Source of the DNA: an uncultured Gammaproteobacteria bacterium
GTDB taxonomy: Bacteria > Patescibacteriota > Patescibacteriia > UBA11705
Assembly: GCA_964413735.1 (NCBI GenBank)
Contig: CAYPSS010000003.1
Span: forward strand, 106,626 to 170,625
Direction of reading: 5' to 3'
Length of the DNA: 64,000 bases
Shown: positions 25,103 to 35,340 of the stretch, piece after piece
Position numbering within the stretch: position 1 is the stretch's first letter
How the letters are laid out: every line of letters begins with the position of its first letter
Made by a program: the position numbers and the translations under genes
Notes under the pieces: model-generated
The model's database searches: none
Told to the model about the DNA's origin: nothing
Seen by the model: the letters and a program-made list of their open reading frames with translations, nothing else

Positions 25103-25474
25103 TACGGATTACAGAAAGTATAAATTGCAGAAGAAAAATTAATAGGTTTTTGTTTTGATATTTATGGTGCTGTCGGGGCTGGTATGATGGAAAAGTATTA
25201 TGAAAATTGTTTGGAGCTTTTGTTAAGAGAAAGTCATATTCAATATGAAAGACAAAAATCAGTACCCATGAAATTTCACAATAAAATAGTTGGTTGGTAA
25301 AAATTAGATTTTTTGATGGAGAGGCGTATTGTTGTTGAGTTAAAAATCGGGAATTATTTAAGTAAGGCGGTGTTTAATCAAGTAATGGATTATTTAAAAG
25401 AAAGTAATTTAAAGTTGGGCTTAATAATATTGTTTTCAACAAGAGGTTAGACCCAGGCGAGTAGTAAATTTATA
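25103..25474 (+). pseudogene. GxxExxY (PD-(D/E)XK-like) protein pseudogene
   Basis: Hand translation: GAGMMEKYY...YERQKSVP...GW*KLDFLMERRIVVELK...QVMDYLKESNLKLGLIILF; in-frame TAA at 25121 and 25298; frameshift near 25447. Confidence 0.8.
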
Positions 25475-25561
25475 ATTTTAAATTGGTATCTGCAAATCAG
25501 CAGGATCATTAATCTGTATCACCTTTATTGCATTTACTCCAAATTATGCTAAAATTTATAT

Positions 25562-25852
25562 ATGTTAGACAACAAACAAATTGAACATTTGGCGAAATTA
25601 GCCAAGCTGGACGTGACAGAAGAAGAAAAAAGCAAATACGCTGAACAAATATCAGCGGTTTTGGATTACTTTGAACAAATCAGATCTTTAGAAGTGCAAA
25701 ATATCAATGAATTGGAACATATAACCGGAATGGCAAATGTGGTGCGTTATGATGAAGAAAGGAATGTGTCTTTAACGGAAGATATTATGGATCAAGCACC
25801 GGAAATTTCCAATCAGCAATTTCGAGTTTCTGAAGTTTTTAATCGTGAATAA
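25562..25852 (+). CDS. gatC: Asp/Glu-tRNA amidotransferase subunit C
   Basis: IEHLAKLAKL N-terminus, size, upstream of gatA. Confidence 0.9.
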   Translation: MLDNKQIEHLAKLAKLDVTEEEKSKYAEQISAVLDYFEQIRSLEVQNINELEHITGMANVVRYDEERNVSLTEDIMDQAPEISNQQFRVSEVFNRE

Positions 25853-25854
25853 TT

Positions 25855-27288
25855 ATGAAAAATTTGCAACAGATCAAAACCATAAAACAGGTGCAACAAG
25901 GCTTATTGAAGCATGATTTTAGCGCCCAAGAATTGGTGCGTTATTATTTGAATCGAATTGAAAAACGTAATCCGGAAATAAATTCTTTTATTACCATATT
26001 TCGTGAGTCAGCATTGCAAAAAGCCAAAGATGTGGATGAAAAAATCAAGCGAAATGAAAAGTTATTACTTCTTGATGGAGTGCCGATAGCTATAAAAGAT
26101 AATTTACTATTAGCTGGTGAGTTAACTACCGCTGGATCAAAAATATTAAGCAATTATCGCGCGCCTTATACAGCCACCGCGGTTCAACGGTTGATTGGGG
26201 CCGGGGCCATTATTTTAGGTAAAACCAATATGGATGAATTCGCTATGGGTGGTTCGGGCGAAACCTCTAATTTCGGGGTGACAAAAAATCCGCTTGACTT
26301 GAATAAAGTTCCTGGTGGTTCATCATCAGGATCCGCCGCGGCAGTGGCTGATGGTCAATGTGTAGTGGCGATCGGTTCAGATACCGGTGGTTCAATTCGT
26401 CAACCGGCCGGATTTTGCGGTTTAGTTGGTTTTAAGCCAACTTACGGCACGATTTCTCGTTATGGCTTGATTGCGATGGCTTCCAGTTTTGATCAAATCG
26501 GACCATTGACCAATTCCGTGGAAGATTCCTCTTTATTGACGGAGATAATGAGTGGCCAAGATCAATATGATTCCACCGTGGCAAAAATCAATACTCGTTT
26601 TTCAGTTGTTAAAAAACAAAATATAAAAGGGAAAAAAATCGGTTTGCCCAAAGAATTTTTTTCTACCGGTGTAGATCGTCAGGTGGAATATGCGGTATTA
26701 AGTGCGGTGGATGAATTGCAGCGAGCTGGCGCGCAAATTCAGGAAGTCAGTTTACCGAATACAGCTTATGCTTTGGCGGTATATTATATTTTAATGCCGG
26801 CGGAAGTGTCATCCAATTTGGCGCGATTTGACGGGGTGCGTTATGGTTATCGAGCTTCGGCTTCAAATTTGGAGGAAATGTATCTAAAAACCAGGTCTCA
26901 AGGATTTGGTGATGAAGTGAAAAGACGTATTATGCTTGGAACTTATGTTTTGTCCTCCGGTTATAGTGATGAATATTACAAACGAGCCTTGAAGATTCGC
27001 AATTTGATTGTTAATGATTTTCGTCAAGTTTTCCAAACGGTTGATTATTTGATAACGCCCACTACGCCGGACGTGGCTTTTAATTTGAATGAAAAAACCG
27101 CTGATCCTCTTACTATGTACTTAACTGATATTTTTACCGTTTCCGCCAATGTCGCCGGATTACCGGCAATTTCCATTCCTTGCGGGAAAAAAGAAAATCT
27201 GCCTATTGGGTTGCAAATTATGGGGCCACATTTTTCTGATCATGATATTTTGCAATTGGCAGATAATCTAAATGATTTGCTAAAATAA
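25855..27288 (+). CDS. gatA: Asp/Glu-tRNA amidotransferase subunit A
   Basis: GKTNMDEFAMG, PGGSSSGS, GSDTGGSIRQP, SNLARFDGVRYG. Confidence 0.97.
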   Translation: MKNLQQIKTIKQVQQGLLKHDFSAQELVRYYLNRIEKRNPEINSFITIFRESALQKAKDVDEKIKRNEKLLLLDGVPIAIKDNLLLAGELTTAGSKILSNYRAPYTATAVQRLIGAGAIILGKTNMDEFAMGGSGETSNFGVTKNPLDLNKVPGGSSSGSAAAVADGQCVVAIGSDTGGSIRQPAGFCGLVGFKPTYGTISRYGLIAMASSFDQIGPLTNSVEDSSLLTEIMSGQDQYDSTVAKINTRFSVVKKQNIKGKKIGLPKEFFSTGVDRQVEYAVLSAVDELQRAGAQIQEVSLPNTAYALAVYYILMPAEVSSNLARFDGVRYGYRASASNLEEMYLKTRSQGFGDEVKRRIMLGTYVLSSGYSDEYYKRALKIRNLIVNDFRQVFQTVDYLITPTTPDVAFNLNEKTADPLTMYLTDIFTVSANVAGLPAISIPCGKKENLPIGLQIMGPHFSDHDILQLADNLNDLLK

Positions 27289-27291
27289 TTT

Positions 27292-28239
27292 ATGAAAAAA
27301 ATTCTGATTGGTGTTTTTTCCATTCTATTATTTTTACCTTTATTTTGTGTCCAGGGACAGACTTTTAATTTTGATTTGGGTTTGCAAAAAGAAGATATTT
27401 CGTTTTCTTGGCAAACTGGTGATTTGGTCAGTGGTGAAAAAGTTGAGGCGTCAATTGTTATTCATAATTATGGTAATTTTGATGTAAGTACGAGACCGGT
27501 TGTTTTATTAAATGATCAGCTTTTAATTGAAATACCTAATATTTTGGTGAAAGCGGTTGATAAAAGTCGAGGTGTTTTTTTTGATTTTATTGCTCCGGAT
27601 AATGATTTTCGTTTAACGGTTCAATTAACTGCCATGAATCCGGGTGATCAAAATTTATTAAATAATAAAGTCAGTGTTGATTATTCCGTGAAATCGCCGC
27701 CTATTGTTGATACCCGGTTGTCAGTCACGGAAAAAAGTGAATCTGAGTTATTGCCGGTGAATAATTTGACTGTTTCTAATAAAGAACAATCTATAACAAT
27801 TACCCCGCCCGATTATTTATCACTAAATGGAGAATTTGTTGATTCTTTTGATGAAGTGGTTGAGGCCACTGATGCAGATGTTGTTTTACAAGCCGGAGAG
27901 GTTCCGTCGGGATTAAAAATCGTAGCGCGAACTTTGAAGTGGGGAGTGTTTGATTTTTCATATAAATCGAATGATTTAACAATTGATGAAAAAACAGCTC
28001 AAATTAAATGGGATTTTGGTGATGGTAATACAGCCACCGCCAATGGGGTTTATGAGTATCAAGCTCCGGGTGCCTATTATGTTAAGTTAAAGGTAGTTGG
28101 TCGTGACGCCAATACTCATACGGCGGTGGAAACGGTCATTGTGCCATTTTGGTCAATTTATAATATATATTTTTGGGGGTTGGTAATTTTTGTCGTTGTT
28201 GTCTTACTGGCTTTATTTTTAATCTTAAAGAAAAAATAA
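27292..28239 (+). CDS. Surface protein with Ig-like (CARDB-like) and PKD domains, C-terminal TM
   Basis: Signal peptide; WDFGDG...YQAPGAYYVKLKV PKD motif. Confidence 0.7.
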   Translation: MKKILIGVFSILLFLPLFCVQGQTFNFDLGLQKEDISFSWQTGDLVSGEKVEASIVIHNYGNFDVSTRPVVLLNDQLLIEIPNILVKAVDKSRGVFFDFIAPDNDFRLTVQLTAMNPGDQNLLNNKVSVDYSVKSPPIVDTRLSVTEKSESELLPVNNLTVSNKEQSITITPPDYLSLNGEFVDSFDEVVEATDADVVLQAGEVPSGLKIVARTLKWGVFDFSYKSNDLTIDEKTAQIKWDFGDGNTATANGVYEYQAPGAYYVKLKVVGRDANTHTAVETVIVPFWSIYNIYFWGLVIFVVVVLLALFLILKKK

Positions 28240-28241
28240 TT

Positions 28242-28784
28242 GTGCGATTGATAAAATTTTTTATAATTTTAATGCTCTTTGGTCTGGCTATCGGTGTTCA
28301 AGCTCAACAATCAGCTGTGGGTTTTGAACCAAGCACCCAAGCAGTTTTGCGTTATCAGAAAATTGATTGGCAAACGTATGAGTTTTTTGTTGATTTGAAT
28401 CATGATGAAATTTTGATTGATCGTTATGAGTGGCGGGTTGATCAAAAAGATGTTTATTATACTCCGACACTGCGTTATTTTTTTGAACCGGGGCAACACA
28501 AAATCGCCGTAACGGTCACCGATGAATTGGGCAATCGAAAATTTGATTCTTTGGATCTGCAGATAAGTTTTTGGACTTTGCATAATAATTATTTGTTGTG
28601 GGGATTGTATGGTTTGATTGTTTTGTTAATTCTTTATTATTGGGTGGTGAAATTGATTTATTTGTTTAATCGACGAAAAATCAGTCGTCAGGCCAATGAA
28701 TTTTTGGAAATTTTGGATACGCATGGTTTTGTGGAACAAATGGTGGAGAATATTATTAAAAAAAATAATAATAAAAAAATATGA
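28242..28784 (+). CDS. PKD-like membrane protein (probable GTG start 28242)
   Basis: Signal peptide, YEW...FEPGQHKIAVTVTD, TM near C-terminus. Confidence 0.6.
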   Translation: MRLIKFFIILMLFGLAIGVQAQQSAVGFEPSTQAVLRYQKIDWQTYEFFVDLNHDEILIDRYEWRVDQKDVYYTPTLRYFFEPGQHKIAVTVTDELGNRKFDSLDLQISFWTLHNNYLLWGLYGLIVLLILYYWVVKLIYLFNRRKISRQANEFLEILDTHGFVEQMVENIIKKNNNKKI

Positions 28785-29131
28785 TGTTAATTTTACGGTG
28801 GTTAATTAATGCCCTTGCGATTTATGGTATCGCGCAATATTTCCCCGGAGTGACGGTGGGAAGTTTTTACACCGCTTTAATTGTGGTGATTGTTTTTGGT
28901 TTGGTAAGTGCAATAATCGGTGGGTTTTTGAAATTGCTTACTTTGCCGATTAACTTGTTGACTTTGGGTCTTGGGTGTCTGTTTATCAATGGACTCATGT
29001 TTTGGTTGACCAGTACGATTGTCAAAGGATTTGATGTGAGTGGTTTTTGGCCGGCATTTTGGGCGGCGGTGGTTTATTCTATAATCACTACTTTTAGTGG
29101 CTGGATTTTGAAATCTAATAAAAAGAGATAA
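28781..29131 (+). CDS. Phage-holin-like membrane protein (YvlD/DUF360 family)
   Basis: RWLINALA, LTLPINLLTLGL..FINGLMF. Confidence 0.85.
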   Translation: MMLILRWLINALAIYGIAQYFPGVTVGSFYTALIVVIVFGLVSAIIGGFLKLLTLPINLLTLGLGCLFINGLMFWLTSTIVKGFDVSGFWPAFWAAVVYSIITTFSGWILKSNKKR

Positions 29132-29181
29132 AATTTATAGTATTCCTTGGATGTTTTAATTGAAAATCATAATATATAAAT

Positions 29182-30075
29182 ATGAGTTTTGAACAATCCA
29201 GTGAAACACAGGATAAGAAAAATTATTTTCAAGAAATGTTGGTTCATTATTTGTCGATAATTGCGGGGTATCCAACGCGAGCGGATGAGATAATTAGAGA
29301 TGCAATGAATAAAGGGATAAACTTGAATCTCAAAAAAGCTGTTTTGGAAGCATTGGAAATTTCTGGTAAAAATGGTGATAGTGATAGTTTTTTGAGTATT
29401 TTAGAGTTTTCTGAAAATAATGGTTTAGATATTGATTTTTCAAATGAAAACATTCAGTCTATTTTTAATGATTGTGCTAAAAATATTTTGATGCATAATG
29501 ATTCATGGGAGTTTGATCAATGGATGAAGCAAATCAAGCGAAGAAATATTCAAATAGATTTACCATATGTATTCAAAATGGCAATTGTTCAGTTTGCTGA
29601 ATTAGGGAAAGGACAAAAGGCAAAAAGCATTAATCGTAAAAGAGAAAAAGAAAAGATTGATGTTGGGAAATATTTAGAAGAAATTCATCGAGCGATTATG
29701 GCGGGAGTTATAATTTCTTTTCAAAAAGGGGAAAAAGCCGGTAGTTCTTGGATGGTAAGTCTGGCCTCAGATTTTAATTTTGAAATTGATTATTCAAATC
29801 CTGAAATTCTTAAATCCATTGAGATTGGTTTACATCAATCATTAAAATCGATGAGACTTGGAATGGGTGGTGTGGATTATGCTGAACAAATGTTGAAATT
29901 TATTAAAAAAAACAAGTTAATGATTGATTTGAATAGCCCGGAAGTAGTTAATATTTGCAGATCTGTAATTTCTGAATTGGAAAAGTCTGATGTTGATTTC
30001 CCTCAAGAAATTAAACCTTTTTCGGCTTTAAGTCATGTTCTTGATTTATTGAAGCGATATAAAATTAAAATTTAG
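29182..30075 (+). CDS. Hypothetical helical-repeat protein
   Basis: 297 aa; recurring ID(F/Y/L)(S/N)(N/S)PE-like units. Confidence 0.65.
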   Translation: MSFEQSSETQDKKNYFQEMLVHYLSIIAGYPTRADEIIRDAMNKGINLNLKKAVLEALEISGKNGDSDSFLSILEFSENNGLDIDFSNENIQSIFNDCAKNILMHNDSWEFDQWMKQIKRRNIQIDLPYVFKMAIVQFAELGKGQKAKSINRKREKEKIDVGKYLEEIHRAIMAGVIISFQKGEKAGSSWMVSLASDFNFEIDYSNPEILKSIEIGLHQSLKSMRLGMGGVDYAEQMLKFIKKNKLMIDLNSPEVVNICRSVISELEKSDVDFPQEIKPFSALSHVLDLLKRYKIKI

Positions 30076-30083
30076 TTTAATTT

Positions 30084-30776
30084 ATGTTGCGAAAATACCT
30101 TATTATATCAGTCGGTGGCTCAATTATTATTCCCAAAACCGGTTTTGATATTAATTTTTTGAAAAAATTTAAGCAATTGATTATTGATGGCACTAAGCAA
30201 GGTTATAAGTTTATTTTGGTGGTTGGTGGTGGGTCCACTTGTCGTCAGTATAATGAAGCATTAAAGCAAGTAGTGCCGGTAGCTACTTCAATTTTAGATT
30301 GGCAAGGTATCAAAATAACCAGAATAAACGCTGAACTGGTAAGAAATTTTTTTGGTAAATTGGCTTATCCGCAAATAATTGAAAATCCGCAAAAAAAAAT
30401 TAAAACTAATAGCAAAATTTTGCTTTCCGGAGGTTGGAAACCAGGTCGTTCTACTGATGATGTGGCGGTGCGTTTAGCAATTACTTATGGTGCAGATACG
30501 GTGATTAATTTGTCCAATATTGATTATGTATATGACAGTGATCCGCGTCAAAATCCTCAAGCCAAACCAATAAAAAACATTTCGTGGAACAATTTTCGCC
30601 AAAATATTTTGAAGTCTGATAAATGGATCCCCGGTGCAAATTTGCCTTTTGATCCCACGGCCAGTAAGAATGCGCAAAAAGCCGGTTTGCAAGTGATTTG
30701 TATGAATGGTAGAAAAATAGCTTATTTGAAACAATATTTGGAAAAAGGTAAAATTTGCGGAACATTGATATCATGA
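30084..30776 (+). CDS. pyrH: UMP kinase (archaeal-type)
   Basis: ISVGGS, VVGGG, GGWKPGRSTD, YVYDSDPR, PFDP. Confidence 0.9.
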   Translation: MLRKYLIISVGGSIIIPKTGFDINFLKKFKQLIIDGTKQGYKFILVVGGGSTCRQYNEALKQVVPVATSILDWQGIKITRINAELVRNFFGKLAYPQIIENPQKKIKTNSKILLSGGWKPGRSTDDVAVRLAITYGADTVINLSNIDYVYDSDPRQNPQAKPIKNISWNNFRQNILKSDKWIPGANLPFDPTASKNAQKAGLQVICMNGRKIAYLKQYLEKGKICGTLIS

Positions 30777-31321
30777 ATTTTATGAAAGTATTATTACATA
30801 TTTGTTGTGCGCCTTGTGGTGCTTATATTATTCAAGAATTGAAAAAACAATTTGAAGAAGTGATAGCTTATTTTTATAATCCTAATATTTTTCCTGAAGA
30901 AGAATATGAACATCGATACGGAGAAGTGAAACGCTATTGTGATTTGCAAAAAGTTGAATTAATCAAAGGGGTTTATGAACATGACCATTGGCAAGAACAT
31001 ATTAAAGGTTTGGAATTGGAACCGGAAAAAGGCAAGCGTTGTGAAAAGTGCTTTACCTTGCGATTATCAGAAGTAGCGCAAAAAGCTTTTGAAGTAGGTT
31101 GTTCACATTTTGCCACAACTTTGACTATGGGCCGACAAAAACCGGCATCAATGATCAATGAAATCGGGCATGAAGTTGGGCAAGTTTATGGAGTAGAATT
31201 TATTGATCGAGTGTGGCGTCAAGGTGGTGGGCAGGAACTTGGCAAACAAATTTCCGATGAATGTCAATTTCATCGTCAAGATTATTGTGGTTGTGAGTAT
31301 TCAATACGATCCGAAAAATAA
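30773..31321 (+). CDS. queH: Epoxyqueuosine reductase QueH (DUF208)
   Basis: LLHICCAPC, FYNPNI, RCEKC, RQDYCGC. Confidence 0.92.
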   Translation: MNFMKVLLHICCAPCGAYIIQELKKQFEEVIAYFYNPNIFPEEEYEHRYGEVKRYCDLQKVELIKGVYEHDHWQEHIKGLELEPEKGKRCEKCFTLRLSEVAQKAFEVGCSHFATTLTMGRQKPASMINEIGHEVGQVYGVEFIDRVWRQGGGQELGKQISDECQFHRQDYCGCEYSIRSEK

Positions 31322-31323
31322 AA

Positions 31324-31350
31324 AGACTCTCGTGTGACGCGGGTTTTTTT
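31324..31350 (+). terminator. Intrinsic terminator
   Basis: agactctcgt-gtg-acgcgggttt plus T tract (imperfect stem). Confidence 0.5.
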
Positions 31351-31420
31351 GTTTGAAATAAGTATTTCTTGCGGGGATAAATAATTTCATTTTTATGGTA
31401 AATTATGGTAAAATGTTTTT

Positions 31421-33394
31421 ATGAAAATTGATTATCAGGCTGAATTAAATCAAGAACAGTATCAAGTGGTCACTCAGGCGGAGGGGCCATGTTTGGTCTT
31501 GGCCGGGGCCGGATCAGGGAAAACCCGAACTTTGGTGTATCGAGTGGCTTATTTATTGGAACGGGGAATAAAGCCGGAAAATATTTTACTGGTTACTTTT
31601 ACCAACAAAGCAGCTAAGGAAATGATCGGACGAGTTCGTAGTTTGCTTGGTTTTGAACCGCAGGGGTTAAATGCGGGTACTTTTCATCATATTGCCAATT
31701 TATTATTGCGTCATTATGCTGATCGATTGGGTTATAATCGTAACTTCACCATTATTGATCAAGATGACAGTATTGATATTATCAAAGCGGTCATGCAAAA
31801 TCTGAATTTAAATGTTAAGGGACAAAATTTCCCCAAACCCAATGTGGTTCAGTCGGTAATTTCTTTTGCGCGAAATTCCAATGAGCCGATAAGTGAAGTG
31901 GCCGGCTTAATTTACGGATATCCTGATTTTATCGCCGAATCCATGGAACGAATCGCTTTTGATTATCAAGAAAAAAAACTCAAGGCTAATGCCATGGATT
32001 TTGATGATTTGCTCGTTAATTGGTTGCGTTTGTTGCGAGAGCATTTGGATGTAGCTGATCATCTGTCAGATAAGTTTAAATATATTTTAGTTGATGAATA
32101 TCAGGATACCAACTACATTCAAGCGGCGGTAATCAATGCGTTGGCCAAGGTGCACCAAAATGTTTTGGTGGTTGGTGATGATGCTCAGAGTATTTATAGT
32201 TTTCGCGCTGCGGATATTAATAATATATTGAATTTCCCGAAAAATTTTCCCAATACCAAAACTTTTCATATAGAAACCAATTATCGTTCCACTCCGCAAA
32301 TTTTGGCTTTGGCCAATGACAGTATTAGTCATAATTTGGATAAATATGAAAAATCTTTGCGTCCTTATCGACGTGAAGGGGTAATGCCGATATTAATTCC
32401 GGCGCGTGATGTTTATCAACAAGCCGGCTTGATTGCCAATAAAATCATTGAATTAATGGACAAAAATGTTGCTTTGAAAAATATTGCGGTCTTGTTTCGG
32501 GCGGTTTATCATTCCGCGGAATTACAATTGGAGTTGGCGCGACGTAATATCCCGTTTATTGTGCGTGGGGGAATGCGCTACTTTGAACAAGCGCATATTA
32601 AGGACATTGTTTCATATTTGAAAATCGTGCAAAATATCAAGGATGAAATTGCCTGGAAAAGGGTTTTGCGATTGTATGATGGGATTGGTCCGGCTGGCGC
32701 CGAAAAAATTTGGCAACAAGTTTCTATTTGTGATAATTTTTCTGATTTATTTAATCAACCAATTAAATTATCCAGGGCGCGATTAATTAACAGCTGGAAC
32801 AAAATTTTGTTCACTTTTCAATTGTTGAATCAAATTGCTTGGGAGAAAAAAGGATCATTGGCTGAGGCGGTTTTGGTTGTTTTAGAACATGGTTATCGCG
32901 ATTATTTGAAAAATACATTTGATAATCACAAGGAGAGATTTGATGATGTTCAACAGTTTATTGATTTTGTGATGACTTATGAAAGTTTGGAAAAACTTTT
33001 ATCTGATGTGTTGTTGTCCGAACAGTTTGCTCACGATGCGGAAAAGGAAGTTAACTCCCTTGTTCTGTCTACTATTCATCAGGCTAAGGGGTTGGAATGG
33101 AATTATGTAATGCTCCTGAATTTGCGTGATGGGGATTTCCCCCATTACAAATCCTTAGAAAATAAAAAGGAAGTAGAGGAAGAACGCCGATTGTTCTATG
33201 TGGCGATTACCAGAGCTAAGGATGAACTTTATTTGTTTTATCCGATACGAAAAAACACTTTTCAATATGGCGAAATGACGGGCGGGCCCAGTTTGTTTAT
33301 AAAAGAGGTAAATGAAAAGTATTTGGCTATTAAAAGACAGCATAATTTCCTTGATTTTGGCAATGAAGAAGATCAAGTGATATACTATGATTAG
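31421..33394 (+). CDS. UvrD/PcrA-family ATP-dependent DNA helicase
   Basis: LAGAGSGKT, VDEYQD, VGDDAQSIY, TIHQAKGLEW, EERRLFYVAITRAK. Confidence 0.95.
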   Translation: MKIDYQAELNQEQYQVVTQAEGPCLVLAGAGSGKTRTLVYRVAYLLERGIKPENILLVTFTNKAAKEMIGRVRSLLGFEPQGLNAGTFHHIANLLLRHYADRLGYNRNFTIIDQDDSIDIIKAVMQNLNLNVKGQNFPKPNVVQSVISFARNSNEPISEVAGLIYGYPDFIAESMERIAFDYQEKKLKANAMDFDDLLVNWLRLLREHLDVADHLSDKFKYILVDEYQDTNYIQAAVINALAKVHQNVLVVGDDAQSIYSFRAADINNILNFPKNFPNTKTFHIETNYRSTPQILALANDSISHNLDKYEKSLRPYRREGVMPILIPARDVYQQAGLIANKIIELMDKNVALKNIAVLFRAVYHSAELQLELARRNIPFIVRGGMRYFEQAHIKDIVSYLKIVQNIKDEIAWKRVLRLYDGIGPAGAEKIWQQVSICDNFSDLFNQPIKLSRARLINSWNKILFTFQLLNQIAWEKKGSLAEAVLVVLEHGYRDYLKNTFDNHKERFDDVQQFIDFVMTYESLEKLLSDVLLSEQFAHDAEKEVNSLVLSTIHQAKGLEWNYVMLLNLRDGDFPHYKSLENKKEVEEERRLFYVAITRAKDELYLFYPIRKNTFQYGEMTGGPSLFIKEVNEKYLAIKRQHNFLDFGNEEDQVIYYD

Positions 33395-33412
33395 AAAAAT
33401 ATAAAGAATAAT

Positions 33413-34387
33413 ATGCCCGAACTATTTTCCCAAAAATTAAGAGCCAATTTCACCCCTGAACAGCAGGATTATTATTTGCTATTGGTAAATGAATTAAAAG
33501 AACTTTTGAATGGTCAAACGCAAGAGGAAGTACTTGCCAGTGGCGATCCGGAAATTATCCAACAAATTTTGAAGATCAAGCAAGAAATGCTTAATTTTGT
33601 GTTAACCAAGAAAACTAGGGAAATGACTAGGCAAGAGGAGAAAGCAAAATTAGAGCAAGAAAAACGATCAATTAGTTTAGATGAAATTGAAAGAAAACAA
33701 AAGGCGGGTGAAGAATTAACTGATAATGAATTGAAGTTTTTGTATCGGATTGATGGACTTGGTTTGTCTTTTTCATCTAGTAATGAAGATAAAAAACGAG
33801 TAGAAGATATTATAAATCAACGAAATATTAAGGAAGATGTTTCTTATGTTTTAGGTTGTTCAGAAGATCAAGTGAGTTTAACAACACAAGAGTTTTTAGC
33901 TGGGACAGACATTGTTTATCATTTTGGATTTCTTGATTTAGAAAGGATAACAAGCACTAAAGGATTACAATTACCGCAAAGTATTGGTGGAGGTCTTAAT
34001 TTAAGCCGTCTAACGAGCGCTGAAGGTTTACAATTACCGCAAAGTATTGGTGGAGGTCTTTATTTAGGCAGTTTAACGAGCGCTGAAGGATTACAATTAC
34101 CACAAAGTATTGATGGGGGTCTTTATTTAGGCAGTCTAACAAGCGCTGAAGGTTTACAATTACCGCAAAGTATTGGAGGAGATCTTGATTTAGAAAGGAT
34201 AACAAGCGCTAAAGGATTACAATTACCTCAAAGTATTGGAGGAAGTCTTTATTTAATGAATCTAAGGAGCGCTGAAGGATTAGAAATTCCCCTGGGTGTT
34301 AAATCGATTTATTTTGAAAAAATGTCAGATTATGAAATTGAAAAATTAAAGAAAAAATTTCCGCATATAAAGGTGAATAAAATATAA
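33413..34387 (+). CDS. LRR-like repeat protein, paralog 1
   Basis: Shared N-terminus MPELFSQKL..; 21-aa repeats LxLxxLTSAEGLQLPQSIGGx. Confidence 0.8.
   Translation: MPELFSQKLRANFTPEQQDYYLLLVNELKELLNGQTQEEVLASGDPEIIQQILKIKQEMLNFVLTKKTREMTRQEEKAKLEQEKRSISLDEIERKQKAGEELTDNELKFLYRIDGLGLSFSSSNEDKKRVEDIINQRNIKEDVSYVLGCSEDQVSLTTQEFLAGTDIVYHFGFLDLERITSTKGLQLPQSIGGGLNLSRLTSAEGLQLPQSIGGGLYLGSLTSAEGLQLPQSIDGGLYLGSLTSAEGLQLPQSIGGDLDLERITSAKGLQLPQSIGGSLYLMNLRSAEGLEIPLGVKSIYFEKMSDYEIEKLKKKFPHIKVNKI
33932..34300 (+). repeat. 63-bp coding tandem repeat (5 full units plus 1 partial)
   Basis: ggattacaattaccgcaaagtattgg recurs every 63 bp. Confidence 0.9.
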
Positions 34388-34388
34388 T

Positions 34389-35336
34389 ATGCCCGAACTA
34401 TTTTCTCAAAAATTAAAAGCCAACTTCACCCCTGAACAGCAGGATTATTACTTGCAATTGGAAAATGAATTAAAAGAACTTTTAGGCGGTCAAACGCAGG
34501 AGGAAGTACTGGCTGGTGGTGATCCGGAAATTATCCAAAAAATTTTGGAGATAAAGCAGGAAATGCTTAATTTTGTGTTAACCAAGAAGACCAGGGAAAT
34601 GGTGAAACAAGAAGAAAAAGAACAAGAAGAAAGAATATTGAGACAAAGAGAAAAAGAATTAGAAAAAGAAAGACAAGCAGTAAGTTTAGATGAAATAGAA
34701 AGAAAGCAAAAGGCGGGAGTAAGATTGACTGATAATGAACTAAAGTTTTTATATCGGATTGATGGATTTGGATTATCTTCTATTTCTTCTGCTCATGAGC
34801 GTGCTTTGGCAACTCGAATAATTGAAAATAGAGATATAAAACAAGATATAATTCAAGTTTTAAATTGTAAAGATTATCAAGTTAGATCTTCGGTATTGAA
34901 TTATGCAAGAGATGAAGATATTGAATATTGTTTTGAAAGTTTGTATTTAGCGCATATAGGTTCCGGGCAAGGTTTGTATTTGCCAAAAAGAATCAAGGGA
35001 AATTTGGATTTAGGTGGGATTATAAATCCTCAAGGTTTAAAATTACCGGAAAGTGTTGGCGGTGTTCTTGACCTTAGGAAATTAAATACTGTTGAAAACT
35101 TAAAATTACCCAAGTATATTAACTATGATTTACTTTTGGATGGAATTATCACTACTAAAGGATTGAAATTACCCATTTTTATTGGAGGAAAATTGTATTT
35201 ACGACGATTAAGAAAGGTTGATGAATTGGAAATTCCATTAGGAGTAAAAACTGTCGTATTTTCGCTAGGTGTTTCTGACGCTCAAGTGGAAAAAATTTCT
35301 AAAAAGTTTCCTCATGTTACTTTTGAACGAGAGTAA
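34389..35336 (+). CDS. LRR-like repeat protein, paralog 2
   Basis: Near-identical N-terminus; diverged LxLPxxIxGxLxL repeats. Confidence 0.8.
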   Translation: MPELFSQKLKANFTPEQQDYYLQLENELKELLGGQTQEEVLAGGDPEIIQKILEIKQEMLNFVLTKKTREMVKQEEKEQEERILRQREKELEKERQAVSLDEIERKQKAGVRLTDNELKFLYRIDGFGLSSISSAHERALATRIIENRDIKQDIIQVLNCKDYQVRSSVLNYARDEDIEYCFESLYLAHIGSGQGLYLPKRIKGNLDLGGIINPQGLKLPESVGGVLDLRKLNTVENLKLPKYINYDLLLDGIITTKGLKLPIFIGGKLYLRRLRKVDELEIPLGVKTVVFSLGVSDAQVEKISKKFPHVTFERE

Positions 35337-35340
35337 TCTT

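Noticed and set aside
25298-25300. Stop-codon reassignment suggested by in-frame stops in the GxxExxY gene
   Set aside because: TAA, TAG and TGA all end conserved genes normally here, and the gene also carries a frameshift.
28781-29131. Holin as evidence for a prophage
   Set aside because: The YvlD/DUF360 family is commonly chromosomal; no phage structural, lysin or integrase genes nearby.
33932-34300. Possible CRISPR or DGR template/variable repeats
   Set aside because: The repeats are in-frame 63-bp coding units, differences are not adenine-specific, and there is no reverse transcriptase in the window.
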